Below, one piece after another: positions 1 to 14,045 of a stretch of 64,000 nucleotides of DNA. Source of the DNA: Octopus vulgaris (lineage: Eukaryota); assembly GCA_951406725.2 (NCBI GenBank), contig OX597818.1, positions 35,464,001-35,528,000 on the forward strand, in the 5' to 3' direction. The notes beneath the pieces were generated by a model. It was not told the DNA's origin and made no database searches. It saw only the letters and a program-made list of their open reading frames with translations. Both the position numbers and the translations under genes were made by a program. The stretch's first letter is position 1, and every line of letters begins with the position of its first letter.

Positions 1-339
1 TGTGTGTAAGAATGTTGTTTAAGTCTTGACCAGACCACACTTGCATGAAGAGTGCTATACATTTTAAATGCAGTGTAAATATGCATTATTCTAACATCGC
101 ACCTTGCTGCCAGCCAAACGTTTCCTTCTATTATCACCGTATCTTGAGAAGCCGGTATATTCCAATGAACAGATCTCATAAATCTCATGAAGTCTGTATA
201 ACAGAATATTCTGAGCTCTGATTATACTATGATAACACTTGGAGACGGTGATATGTAAGGCCTAAATCAAATCTAACACTCAAACACAGACACACACACA
301 CATGCGTATTATACATACATACATCCACACACACACGCG

Positions 340-425
340 TATATATATATATATATAATATTATATTATATATATATGTTATATATATTATATGTATAGA
401 TATTATATGTATATATATATTATAT

Positions 426-456
<31 letters not shown>

Positions 457-485
457 GATATATATGTATATATATATTATATATT

Positions 486-534
<49 letters not shown>

Positions 535-786
535 TATGCATATATATCCATATGAAAATAATATATTATGTATATATATATATATATATATGTTATATAT
601 ATTATATATATAGCTATTATATGTATATATATTATATATATGTATATAATATATATATGCATGTATATATACATACATACATACATAATACATACATACA
701 TACATACATACATACATACATAATACATACATAATACATACATACATACATACATACATACATACATACATACATACATACATACA

Positions 787-815
<29 letters not shown>
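340..815. repeat. (TA)n / (TACA)n microsatellite
   Basis: Direct reading. Confidence 0.95.
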
Positions 816-817
<2 letters not shown>

Positions 818-1488
818 GTGTGAGTGCAGGTTTTTATCGATTTATCCATCTGTCTGCAAATTACAAAATGCAAATGGCCAACCGATATCATTTCTGGGAG
901 TCGAATGAATATATTTTATTTTCACATTGACTTCTTGAATGTTGTGTTGGCGGTACAGGTCATGGCATTATTTTTGCAATTATTCTTGTTGTTTTTCCCC
1001 CAGCTTAGTCTTGGTTAAATAAACCTATCACCAAAGATGTATATAAAGACTATATTGCCTATTGTGTCCTTCCTTTTTATAATGTTTTATGTGTCATTGG
1101 TTAAAGATTTAGCTTCCTTTTCTAGAACGTAAGGTGCCTCGTAAAAATTTTGTCGAGTAATTGTGTACAGTAATTGATTTTAATTTACCTGTTTGTTTTT
1201 TTTTTACCAAAATATTAGACTTAGCAAAGCGACTTTCGTATCAACGAGGTAAAAGGTTATAAAACTTAGACAACCTGAATTTCTTGAAGTTAGCTAAATA
1301 AAGGATTAGAAACATTTCACTATTCTTTTACTTGTTTCAAGCATTAGACTGCAGCCATGCTGGAGCACCGCCTTGAATTCTTAGCCGAAATAGCATTAGA
1401 TTGGCATGCTAATTTCGCATAGAAATCAATGCTTACTCCATCGCGGGTGGTGAAGCTGAATTTTTGCCTGTCGGTATTTAAAGAGTTT

Positions 1489-1728
1489 AAGGCGGTGAGC
1501 TGGCGGAAACGTTAGGACGCCGGGTGAAATGCGTAGCCGTATTTCGTCTGCCGCTACGTTCTGAGTTCAAATTCCGCCGAGGTAGACTTTGCCTTTCATC
1601 CTTTCGGGGTCGATAAATTAAGTACCAGTTACGCACTGGGGTCGATATAATCGACTTAATCCGTTTGTCTGTCCTTGTTTGTCCCCTCTATGTTTAGCCC
1701 CTTGTGGGTAATAAAGAAACAGGTATTT
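1489..1728 (+). mobile_element. SINE family C
   Basis: ggcggtgagctggcggaa...gagttcaaattccgcc head, gcctttcatcctttcggggtcgataaattaagtacca core, gccccttgtgggtaataaagaaa tail. Confidence 0.9.
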
Positions 1729-1958
1729 ATAGCGTTTACCATAGTAATCCGTAAAATGGTAATGTGAAAATTATAAAATAATTAATGTTTCCAGACGCAA
1801 TTTAAAACCAAAATAGGAAATGATTCACCGTCACTAAAATGGTTGTCTCTATAGAACATGTGCTTTCTGTGGCTAAAGAGTCTCTGACTCTTGTTTCTAG
1901 CAATGTCAGTGCTCCATACACCCTCGGTCCCTTTTTAGTGAGGGGGAATTATGTATCT

Positions 1959-1960
<2 letters not shown>

Positions 1961-2014
<54 letters not shown>

Positions 2015-2250
2015 ATGTATTATGTATGTGTGTGTGTATGTATTATGTGTGTGTGTATGTATTATGTATGTGTGTGTGTATGTATTATGTGTGTGTGTGT
2101 GTATGTATTATGTGTGTGTGTATGTATGTGTATGTGTGTGTATGTATTATGTGTGTGTGTGTGTGTATGTATTATGTGTGTGTGTGTGTGTATGTATTAT
2201 GTGTGTGTGTGTGTATGTATTATGTGTGTGTGTGTGTGTGTTTGTGTATG
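1961..2250. repeat. (TA)n then (TG)n-TATGTATTA minisatellite
   Basis: Direct reading. Confidence 0.95.
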
Positions 2251-4448
2251 AGTGTAATGTGTGCACAGCCTGCTAAAAGAGATAATCCTTATGATACCCG
2301 TTCACAGCAAGGTAGATTTTGTCATGTAAGGAGAAAACTATTTGCCGAATCTCTGAATATAAGACAGAATACAAATTGTCGAATTTTCATCTATGACTCC
2401 AATAATGTCTGAAAACCGTCATAGTCTTTGCCATACGTTATTAAATTTGTTATTGCCTTATCACCCATTTATATTCTGTGTTCATATCCTGAATTGAAGA
2501 AAACTGCTAAGGATCTGCATTGGCAACAATTATATTAGAAAATCCAAAGAAGAATTCGTCGAGTATTAGTAGATACCTTTGGCATGAGGAATATAAAAGG
2601 TTTCACATCAGGGACAATGGTCCCTTTAACTGAGAGTAAAAGTCTTGACACATGGCTGAAGGCTTTGTCTGTTTAATTTCATCTTGGCAACCGAACTTAT
2701 TGATTCTTACCAAAGTATCTTTCAGAATTACATCTTTATTTACAATGTTTCACAATATATTGGTATCTGCTTTTTAAAACTATACCATTCTGAAGTTTTG
2801 TAAAGTTATGCACTACTAAATCATTTATTTGCTACACTTTACTAAAACAACCTTAATCAATATGGATCAATTAGCCAATGATATCTCACGCACTATAAAT
2901 TAAAACAACTAATTACACGAAGAAGTATTAGCGAACCAAATCGATCGGGTGTTGGTTTACCATTTGCAAGGTCAACAATTTATATCTCATTACAAGAAAA
3001 GTGCATTGTCCATGCCAGAGATACGTCGCTCTCAGGCAATACTGTCCGCTTAATTGTAACAAAATATTTTTGTCTCACAAAACATTTATTTTTAATAAGC
3101 AAGAACATTAGACAATTAATGGCTATTATGTTACCTAGCAGTTCAAATCAGTACGTGAGTATAGTTTGTACAGGTATGGTCTGTATTGATTTGTGCCTTG
3201 TGACAACTCATTGGGTTAGGGAGTCACTTTTTCTCCCTTCTTCATGCTCCCACCTGTCATACATAAACACTCTCCTGCACACAAAATAAATAAGATTTGA
3301 AAATTATTTTTAAGTTCACTTCTAAAAAAATAGTAAAAAATATGGATTGACACATATGGAAATGCTATGAATGCTTGGATGGTTATTTATCGGGTATTCA
3401 TAAATTAAGATTCTAATTCAACAGACAGGGTTCTGCACCTTAATTGATCTAGAAGTTGAATTTAGGATAAAATGTGCATACTAAGTTCCTTCCTTTTACC
3501 ATAAAAGAAATAAATACGATGGAGGTAATCCATTTCTCTACAGCAGCCACTGTATAACTGGAAGCACCAGACTTATAAATAAAGTAAATAGTTATCGTAA
3601 ATGTTCTTTTGAATAATTGAATACTGTTCAAACTCTGGATGAGATAGAAGCTGGGCCAGTAATAATGGTTCCACAGTTTGGCTCAAGGTCAGCAATTTTG
3701 AGGGAGTAGAGTAAGATCACATCACATCAGTCCCTGTGATCAACTGGTTCTTATTTTATCGACCCCCTGAAGGATAGGAGGTAAAACTGACATGGTAGAA
3801 ATTTGAACTCAGAATGTAATGCCGCTAAGCCTTTTGCTCAGAATGCTAGCGAATTTGCCAGCTCGACGCCTTGCAGGAACTATATTAGAATATCAATTTA
3901 ATGAATCCCATGTCTTCTTTTGAATAATGGTTTCATCATACGGGAGAAATTAATGTGTGGAAAGAATTTGTAGTGCGCAAGGGACCTTTACTATAAATAC
4001 TTTTTAGCTCTCAGGTTCGATTCATGATAAATGCAAGTATATGAACTTTAAATCTATCATCAAATACTCCTTACACATACCGGCTTCATAAAACCTTCGA
4101 AATTATAAATTTTACACAGTAGAGGGACTTATTTTTCTAGATATATGATTCAATTCCAAGAGATTTTTATCCAGGACATTTATTCACTTTATCTGTTTGT
4201 CTATTTGCTTGCCCCTCTCTCTCTCTCTCTTTCTTTCTCTCTCTCTCTCTTTATCTATCTGCCTGTCTCTCTCACTCTCTCACTCTTTATCTGTCTGCGT
4301 ATTTGTCTATTTGCCTGCCTGTCTGTCTGTTTGCCTGTCTGCCTGTCTGCCTGTCTGTCTGTCTGTCTGCTTGCCTGCCTGTCTGTCTGTTTGTCTGTCT
4401 GTATGCACTATATGACTGTATATATGTGTGTATTTGTGTGTATGTGTG

Positions 4449-4738
4449 AAGGCGCGTAGCTTAGTGGTTAGGGTATTCGACTCACGATTGTAAAGTCGTG
4501 GGTTCAATTCCCGGCGACGCGTTGTGTCCTTGAGCAAGACGCTTTATTTCTTGCTCAGCTGGCAAAAATGCGTCGTACCTGTATTTCAAAGGACCAACCT
4601 TGCACACCAACCTGAAAACTACATTAGAGGTAAACGTGTCTGTGGATTGCTCAGCCACTTGCACGTTAATTTCACGAGCAAACTGTTCTATTGATCGTAG
4701 CAGCTGGGACCCTCGTCGTCGTAACCGACGGAGTGCTC
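4449..4738 (+). mobile_element. tRNA-derived SINE, family A
   Basis: A box tagcttagtggttagg, B box ggttcaattcc, core tgtgtccttgagcaagac, tail cgtcgtcgtaaccgacggagtgc. Confidence 0.85.
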
Positions 4739-4882
4739 CTTTGTGTGTATGTGACGATATGTATATCTTTATATACACATACATATATGCATATGTCTAT
4801 ATATCTATATCTGTTTATAAGAAGATCTATTTAATTTGATATTAATCTTCATTCATAAATGCTGTCTATTGTCAACTATATA

Positions 4883-6229
4883 TACGAGGGTAAGTCAGAA
4901 ATTGTACGTATTCTGGCTTTCGTAATTTATTAAAACAGAAGCAGGTTTGAACAATTACATCATTTTCTGACATAGTCACGTTGCTTTTCGATTCACTTCT
5001 TCCAGCGGTCCTCAAGGCTGTTTATTACATCAGAGAAGGTTTTCGGCTAGTTGTTCAGCAATTTGTACATCGCTTCCTGCGCTTCTTCCTCCGGAGCAAA
5101 TCGATGACCTCAAGATGTTTGAACAGTCCAAAGAGGTGATAATCAGAAGCCGCAAGATCTGGACTCAGTGTAGGGTCTTCCAGCACTCGAAACCCAATTT
5201 TTCAATGGTTTCAAACATAGTCATAAGAGATAAGATCAGGATCCATAACTTTGCACCAGAATCCGAAAAGTAGAGTCTGGAGTGGAAACACCCGCAATCG
5301 CCAATGAAAACGAAATTCAAGATTCAACCTGCCGCAGAAAAAACTAATTCTAACTGTTTGCTGGGAAATGTAAAAAGTACTATTCTGGAACATGCTCGGG
5401 AAAAGTGTTCTCCAGTCATCACTGTAAACTACAGTGAAATGCTAGCTAACAAATTGATAACAGCAATTCGTATCAAACACCGATGTCTATTGTCAAATCA
5501 AGTGTTATTGTTGCATGACACTGCACACCTACACACGGCCGACCATATCCAAAATAAATTTGCCTTTATCGGTGTAGCCGTTGAGTAAGCTTATGCGCTT
5601 CGATAAGATTTCTTGGCACCCATTTCGCACTGACTTTGAGGAATTGAAGCTTCACATGGATGATTTTGAAAGCAGAACCATGACTAATTTTCGGAGAATA
5701 TGCTACCTCATCGATAATCAATCGTCTGTTTGCTAGATCCATCTCTCGAGATTGTTGAATCTTCACGTCAGTGGTAGATGCGTGACATGCTTCTTTTTCC
5801 TGCTTCACGCATTCCTGCATCATTTTACCGCTGATTAGCATTGAAGGCGCGTGGCTTAGTGGTTAGAGGCATTCAGCTCATGATCGTAAGGTCGTGGGTT
5901 CAATTCGCGGCGGCGCGTTGTGTCCTTGAGCAAGACACTTTATTTCACGTTGCTCCAGTCCACTCAGCTGGCAAAAATGAGTAGTACCGGTATTTCAAAG
6001 AGCCAGCCTTGTCACACACTGTGTCACGCTGAATCACTCCTAGAACTACGTGTCTGTAGTGTGCTCAGCCACTTACAGGTTAATTTCACGAGCAAGCTGT
6101 TCTGTTGATCGTATCAGCTGGGATCCTCGTCGTCGCAACCGACGGAGTGCTCCTGGCATTGAAGGCAGTGCAGTGAACTTAAGAAAAAGTTTTGGCGAAA
6201 GAGCGGATAAATTTTGACTTACTTTTGTA
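4883..6229 (-). mobile_element. Degenerate mariner (Tc1/mariner) transposon with internal inversion and nested SINE
   Basis: Imperfect TIRs tacgagggtaagtcagaaatt / aattttgacttacttttgta. Minus-strand motifs SAKWVPRNL (5566-5841) and SPDLAASDYHLF (~5130-5165). The central segment EWKHPQSP...LLLHDTAHLH (~5220-5560) lies on the plus strand. Confidence 0.85.
5843..6152 (+). mobile_element. SINE family A nested in the mariner
   Basis: Full-length copy; TSD gcattgaaggc on both sides. Confidence 0.9.
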
Positions 6230-6365
6230 TTTCTTCTATAATCTTACTGTACTTATACGGACTGTTAACAATTCGTATATACATGCGCACACACACGTAT
6301 ACATAAATAAATAAATATATATCTCTTATATTATAGTTTCTATCTATCTATTTATCTCTCTCTCC

Positions 6366-6508
6366 ATATATATATGTATGTATGTATATATATATATATA
6401 TGTATGTATGTATATATATATATATATGTATGTATGTATATATATATATATATGTATGTATGTATATATATATATATATGTATGTATGTATATATATATA
6501 TATGTATG

Positions 6509-6545
<37 letters not shown>

Positions 6546-6566
6546 TATTATTATATATATATTATG

Positions 6567-6597
<31 letters not shown>

Positions 6598-6600
6598 ATA

Positions 6601-6636
<36 letters not shown>

Positions 6637-6820
6637 TGTATGTATATATATATATATGTATGTATGTATGTATATATATATGTATGTATGTATGTATATA
6701 TATATGTATGTATGTATATATATGTATGTATATGTATGTATGTATGTATATATATATGTATGTATGTATGTATATATATATGTATGTATGTATGTATGTA
6801 TATATATGTATGTATGTATG

Positions 6821-6855
<35 letters not shown>

Positions 6856-6895
6856 ATATATATATGTATGTATATATATATATATATATATATAT
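6366..6895. repeat. Compound (TA)n/(TATG)n
   Basis: Direct reading. Confidence 0.95.
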
Positions 6896-7407
6896 AGCCT
6901 TAATTACCCTCATTATATCTTACAACATCTTTCTCTATGCATTTCTCTCTACATGTGTGCGTGTGTGGTGTTTGCGTATATATGTATGTATGTATGTATG
7001 AATATATATATGTGTGAATATGCTTAATAAATTATGAAACATCATTGGCATAAATAACGAAATAAAGGCACTTGTGGCTAATTAGCTGTTGTCATCAAAA
7101 TTTAGCGGATTCCCCCAAAATGCATTAGTAAAGGGAAATAGCTATGATCTCCATAAAGAAACGAAAGTAGTTACTTTCCCTTCAGTAATGCATTTTAGAG
7201 AATTCACTTACATTTTATGATAAAATCGAATTAACTACTAGTATTACTATTTATTGTACTGATGCGTGGTACGATCTGTTATATACTTTTATACATATAT
7301 ACGTACGAATAGTCATACATATATACATATACATGTATGTGTATGTGTGTAATCATACACATATATGTATGTATATATATGTAAAGATATGCATATATAT
7401 ATGTAAG

Positions 7408-7445
<38 letters not shown>

Positions 7446-7473
7446 AGGATATATATATACCATTCCGAAATAT

Positions 7474-7511
<38 letters not shown>

Positions 7512-7524
7512 TTACATATATATA

Positions 7525-7907
7525 TCTCTATATATAAACGGCAGTTTGTCTGTCTGCACGTCTGTGTGTCTGTTAGGTTGTACCCTCACCCTGACCACGG
7601 CTTTCAACCGATTCTGATGAAACTTGACACACACATAGCCCAATGTCATAATTCAAAACTAACGCAGCGAAAATTTTGAAAAGTTCCCCCAGTTCTGAAA
7701 AAAATTGATAAATTCGACATGGGGTTGAGAATCAGAAACACAAACCACAGACTGTCTAGGGGACGCAACTCGACCTTTTTAACTCCCTATAAAAAATTTA
7801 CCATAATTTTTTTCCCATTTTTTTGCTATTTTTTGGCTATAACTCTCTAAAAATGCTTTATAGTTATTTCCCTTACAAACCCGAGCAACGCCGGGCGATA
7901 CTGCTAG
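7525..7907 (+). mobile_element. Non-autonomous Helitron
   Basis: Starts A|TC (tctctatatataaacggcagtttgtctgtc), ends with subterminal hairpin cccgagcaacgccggg then CTAG|T; no TSD. Confidence 0.8.
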
Positions 7908-7939
7908 TACATATATATATGCATATATATATATACTTA

Positions 7940-8345
7940 CATATACACATCACATCACTCTACACACACTACCTCTGAGCACTTCCCAGCACCCACACCA
8001 CACACTATTATCTGCACATTCACACGCCATCATACATACACTCACAAACTTACATACTCACGCACACGCACGCGCACCTTCGCTTTGGGATCACCAATAC
8101 CTTATTACCTCCCCTTCTTCTTGGTCTCCTGTCAAAATATTTTTTCCCAACCAGTTGCCATGATTGATCGCTAAATCCACAAGTTTTTCTTTTTTATTCT
8201 CTCTCTGTCTATTTCCTCATATTCCTTTCCGTTGAAGAGTGTAGGGTGGAACCGTACAATATTTTCTCACTTTCCCTAGCGTCAAAACAATATACCTCCT
8301 TGTTGTTCATACTCGTCTTTTGTTTTTTCTGTAAATTTCAACTAT
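7940..8345 (+). mobile_element. Decayed Penelope-like 3' end
   Basis: ctttccgttgaagagtgtagggtggaaccgta aligns with the hammerhead region of the 39461 copy and has a similar downstream tail. Confidence 0.45.
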
Positions 8346-8659
8346 GTATATATAAGGATAAAGCTAGTTATATAATAGTATCTACAGGCATTTCACCATT
8401 ATGGTTGTTTGGAGTCCTGCTATAGCTATTCCAAGAGTATTTAGATGCTCGAACACGACGGATCATCAAGGAACACTTTATTGCGTTAAGTTACATGTGT
8501 CCCTCTTATTTCACCTACATTTGCTCAATAGTTCATCAGTAGTAATACTAGTCAGTGTAGAGCTTACGAGAAATCAGCTGGATGACGATAATCTACGTGG
8601 AGCTCTAAGCATAATAGTAGCAGTCATACATCTATTTGTCCACACAATTCCTACTGTAC

Positions 8660-8703
<44 letters not shown>

Positions 8704-8707
<4 letters not shown>

Positions 8708-8941
8708 GTGGCCCAAATGTAGGTTTACAGTTATCACGCAGGCACTTTAACTTTCTTTTAAAGCATTTTATTACATTGAAATTTCTATCTTATAAACTGA
8801 GAAAGGAGCTTGACAAAATTAACTAAATTAGCATAGAATAATGGTTTCATATTGTCTTTATAATTAAGATCTAAACTGTTAATATATGAATGCGGAAGGA
8901 ATAGTTCAATAACTGTAAACCTACTTTTGCCCCCCCCCCCT

Positions 8942-8942
<1 letters not shown>
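8704..8942. mobile_element. Tc1/mariner-type MITE
   Basis: TIRs cagagtggcccaaatgtaggtttacagtt / aactgtaaacctacttttgccccccccccctg, embedded in (TA)n. Confidence 0.75.
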
Positions 8943-8995
<53 letters not shown>

Positions 8996-9016
8996 ATGCA
9001 TGTATGTAGTGATGTG

Positions 9017-9330
9017 AAGGCGCATGACTTTGTGGTTAGGGTATTTGATCCTAAGGTCGTTAGTTCAAATCCCGGCGTCACGCTGTGTCCTTGGGCAAGA
9101 CACTTTACTTCATGTTGCTCCAGTCCATTCGGCTGGCAAAAATGAGTGGTACCTGTAGTTCATAGAGCCACACTTGTCACACTCTGTGTTGCGCTAATTC
9201 TCCCTAAGAACTACATTAGGGGTACACATGTGTGTGGAATGCTGAAGCCACTTGCACGTTAATTTCACGAGCTGGCTGTTCCGTTGATCGGATCAACTGG
9301 AACCCTCGTCGTCGTAACCGACGGGGTACC
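9017..9330 (+). mobile_element. SINE family A
   Basis: Same head, core and tail as 5843. Confidence 0.85.
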
Positions 9331-10143
9331 AGTTATATAATGATGTATAAATATAGCCGTCTAGATATAATGAAAGAATTAATGGTGAGAGAATGTTATG
9401 TGGTATGAGTGTGCTTGTGTATGTCTGGACGACCGTGTATTCTGTTTACTTAATGGGCGCAGGTATGGCGAAATGGTTAAGTAGATTGACTCGCAATCAT
9501 GGTCCCAGATTCTATCCTACTGCTCAAAATTTTGGGAAAATTTCTTACTACTATCGACTCGAATTGATCTAAACCTAGCTCACGAGAAAGTGGGTTGAGC
9601 AAAAACGTGTGGAAGCACATTGAATGGATTTTCTACCTGGAATGCAAAATACCATTATTTCTCACTCGCATTTTCTGTCCAAAGGATACATTAAGAGTAC
9701 ATGTAGCTGTCTAACTAATAACGCCTCAAATCAGTACGTTCCGGTGATGGAACAATAAAATCCATCTAGGAATTTATAAAACTAAATCTGATTAGTGGTA
9801 TATTCTACACCAATACTGTCGCTAATAAATCTATACCTATTATAGAATCTTTTCTGACTAAAAGAAAAATGAAAAAACAGAATATACTGTGATAAATATC
9901 TCATTGAAACAATTCGACTGAAACAAATCGCTATATATATTTTTTAAATATACAGACACGTGAAATTAAGTATTTAAACACTGTTTGAATCATATGATTA
10001 TTTCAACGCTTCAATTGCATGTGAAGTGGGTGTGTGACAAGATTTAGATCACAATCATAATAAATTACATTTCGGTAAGTAGGCATGTATGAATATACTT
10101 ATGTTCTTATATATATATATATATGTATAAGGAACACACACAT

Positions 10144-10206
<63 letters not shown>

Positions 10207-10667
10207 CACACACACATACAATATATACTTTTTTTTCCTGCATGCAACCTTTTTTCTGTGCTTGTTTGTGTGTGATGTATTATGGTGGATGTGTCCGTAC
10301 GCTTATTTGCACAAGTAAGTAATGTGTGTGTATGTATGTGAGTGTGTATGTGAGTGTGTGTGTGTATGTGTGGAGTAGAGATTAATTTCGCGTAAGTGCA
10401 CGTACGGGAATATATATTTGCCGTAGAGGAAGAATAAGAAATGATGAATCACTGAGGTAATAGTGCATTAATACGAACTCGATACAGCCGGGAATTAAAC
10501 CATTTAACCGAGGCCGAAACAATTATATTATTTGGATGATGCATTTCAATGAACTGATACTTCGCATGCATGCACTCACACATATATATTATACACACAC
10601 ATATGCAGGCACGCGCACACAAACATGCATATATATAGATAGATGTATATGTACGTATGTATGTATA

Positions 10668-10725
<58 letters not shown>

Positions 10726-10785
10726 TATATATATATATACTTACATATAAATATATACATATATACAGAGATATATGTGTGTGTG

Positions 10786-10826
<41 letters not shown>

Positions 10827-10831
10827 TTATA

Positions 10832-11230
10832 AGCGCAGGAGTTGCTATCTGGTAAGTAACTAGTTTATCAACCACATGGTTCCGGGTTCAGTCCCACTGC
10901 ATAGCACTTTAGGGAAGTGTCTTCTACTATAGCCTCGGGTCGACCAAAGCCTTGTGAGTGGATTTGGTAGACAGAAACTGAAAGAAGCCCGTCGTATATA
11001 TGTATATAAATATATGTGTGTGTATATTTTTGTGTGTCTGTGTTCGTCGCCCCAACATCGCTTGACAACCGATGCTGGTGTGTTTACGTTCCCGTAAGTT
11101 AGCGGTTCGGCAAAAGAGTCCGATAGAATAAGTACTAAGCTTACAAAGAATAAGTCCTGGGGTCGATTTGCTCGAATAAAGGCGGGGCTCCAGCATGGCC
11201 ACAGCCAAACGACTGAAACAAGTAAAAGAA
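10832..11230 (+). mobile_element. tRNA-derived SINE, family B (internal microsatellite)
   Basis: Head gcgcaggag..ggtaag..ccgggttcagtccc, CORE-like ttagggaagtgtctt, internal (TA)/(TG), tail ctccagcatggcc..gactgaaacaagtaaaaga. Confidence 0.9.
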
Positions 11231-11259
11231 GGTAAAGATATATATATTTATATATATAA

Positions 11260-11311
<52 letters not shown>

Positions 11312-12034
11312 CAAGATCTATAGCAAGATCTATAGCAAGTTTTAATCTACCTTCCAACAGAATTTTTGTCATCGGTTCAGTAAGATTGTTGATATCATTA
11401 CCCTTACCAACCCCATTGCGTTGAGAGAATGTTTGGAGCGTCGCACAAAATGAATATTTAGTTAAGGCATTTTAGTACATTATGTAAGTTTAAGTCACGC
11501 CTGTCATCATTCTAAGGTTGATAAAATTTATTACATATCGAATACTCGGTTCGATATAATCTACTGCACCTTTGTCCCCAAATTTCAGGCCTTGTGCCTA
11601 CGTTAGAAACAAGCGATATAGTGAAAGTTATTTTTATATACGTTCTGCTACCAGATCGATAAAAACGTACCTGTTAAGTACTTTAGTTGATTGAATTGGA
11701 CGTTAACCAATCCCAACATCTGTGGCTTTGTATATGAGAGGGAAATAATTTCTCAGCTTATGAATATTTTTCTTTGTTGTTGTTGTTGTTTTAAATTTGA
11801 TTTCGTTCATTTCGAAGATTAAATTATTGCTTTCTTTTAAAGAGGTGTCAACCAAGCTATTCTCTTTCTTGTTACGTGCTATCACTACTCCTCTAGCTGA
11901 TTCTCGCAGAGGTCACTAGCGCTTCATACACCCGATATCAAGAAAATAAAGTACCAGCCGAATAAGATTGACCACCCTCCGCTCCACTAAAACTTTATGG
12001 CCTTGTACCAATGTAAATAACAATAACATTTTTC

Positions 12035-12510
12035 GTCTTCCTCTTCTTCTTCTTCCCCCTCCGCTTCTTCTTCCTCCCCTTCTTCCTCCCCTTCCCCTTC
12101 TTCCTCATCTTCTTCCTCTTCTTCCTCTTCTTCCTCATCTTCTTCCTCATCTTCTTCCTCATCTTCTTCCTCTTCTTCCTCATCTTCTTCCTCATCTTCT
12201 TCCTCATCTTCTTCCTCATCTTCTTCCTCTTCTTCTTCCTCATCTTCTTCCTCCTCTTCTCCTTCCCCTTCTTCTTCCTCCTCTTCTTCTCCTTCCTCTT
12301 CCTCATCTTCTTCCTCAACTTCCTCTTCTTCTTCCTCATCTTCTTTCTCCTCTTCTTCTCCTTCCTCTTCTTCCTCCTTTTCCTATTCTTCTTCCGCATC
12401 TTCCTCTTCTTCTTCCTCCACTTCTTCTCCTTCCTCCTCTTCTCCTTCATCCTCCTCTTCTCCTTCTTCTTCTTCTTATTATTATTATTAGTAGTAGTAT
12501 GTTGTTGTTG
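12035..12510. repeat. Polypyrimidine (CTT/CCT/CAT) triplet-based repeat
   Basis: (cttcttcctcat)n and variants. Confidence 0.95.
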
Positions 12511-12954
12511 TGCTTTCGAGTAAACGGAAGTCTCTTGAGGAGGGTTCTTAAGAAATTGGCTAATTCACAAATTTTATTGGATGAAAATTATTCCTTTTAG
12601 GATTGTTCTACAAATAAAATATACTTTAAACGCCGGCAAGTCTCGTTCTGTACTTTGAGGTAGACAGAAGGTCGATTTTAAACTCCACTTTATTTTCCTG
12701 ATTATTTTATGTGTGTGCGCGCGTGCGCGTGTAGTATCTATCTATGATAATTTTCACTGTAGCTTTTATTTCTAAAAGAAAGTAAGACTTAGAAGTAGGA
12801 AAGAGATAGCACTCTTTACGACCCTTTAAAAGACAACAGTAATTTAATCTTCTAATGCACGAAAACAGACATAAAAAAAAATTCAGAATTTAAAAAATAT
12901 ATAGAAAAACTTATACTAAAGCAAAAATATATATATATACTCGCTATGGGTTAC

Positions 12955-13174
12955 TCTTTTACTCTTTTGCTTGTTTCAGTCATTTGACTTCGGCCATGCT
13001 GGAGCACCACCTTTAGTCGAGCAACTCGACCCCGGGACATATTCTTTGTAAGCCTAGTACTTATTCTATCGGTCTGTTTTGCCGGACCGCTAAGTAACGG
13101 GGACATAAACACACCAGCATCGGTTGTCAAGCAATGCTAGGGGGACAAACACAGATACACAAACACACACACGC

Positions 13175-13209
<35 letters not shown>

Positions 13210-13376
13210 TACGCCGGGCTTCTTTCAGTTTCCGTCTACCAAATCCACTCACAAGGCTTTGGTCGGCCCGAGGCTATAGTAGAAGACACTTGCCCAAGGT
13301 GCCACGCAGTGGGACTGAACCCGGAACCATGTCGTTGGTAAACAAGCTACTTACCACACAGCCACTCCTGCGCCTG
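12955..13376 (-). mobile_element. SINE family B
   Basis: Full-length reverse copy. Confidence 0.9.
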
Positions 13377-13598
13377 TATCTGAAAACGCAAATATTTTGA
13401 TAGAATAGTAACAACAACCAAGTACATATGTAACACACTTTTTGTCAAAAAATATCAGTTTGAGATGAGGATTAAATATATCGTTTCCAGCCTCTCATTC
13501 TATTAACTGGGGTTACTCCAGACAGGTAGTTCCTAGGTATGAATTACCTAACTGAAAGAAAATTCTTTTAGGAAGTGTTATGTAATAAATAAAAGTAT

Positions 13599-13761
13599 AG
13601 GCATAGGAGTGGCTGTGTGGTAAGTAGCTTGCTTACGAACCACATAGTTCCGGGTTCAGTCCCACAGCGTGGCACCTTGGGCAAGTGTCTTCTACTATAG
13701 CTTCGGGCCGACCAAATCCTTATGAGTGGATTTGGTAGATGGAAACTGAAAGAATCCCGTC

Positions 13762-13845
<84 letters not shown>

Positions 13846-14045
13846 TTGTGTGTCTGTGTTTGTCCCCCCCCCCCAACATCGCTTGACAGCTGATGCTGGT
13901 GTGTTTATGTTCCCGTAACGTAGCGGTTCGGCAAATGAGACCGATAGAATAAGTACTTAGCTTACAAAGAAAGGGTCCTGGGGGCGATTTGCTCGACTAA
14001 AGGCGATGCTCCAGCATGGCCACAGTCAAATGACTGAAACAAAGA
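13599..14045 (+). mobile_element. SINE family B
   Basis: Full-length copy, head-to-head with 12955-13376. Confidence 0.9.

Noticed and set aside
4449-4520. tRNA-like sequences at SINE heads
   Set aside because: They continue into SINE bodies and lack a proper acceptor stem, so they are not tRNA genes.
11968-12600. Leu/Pro-rich and Lys/Arg-rich ORFs
   Set aside because: Triplet-repeat artefact with no splice or domain evidence.
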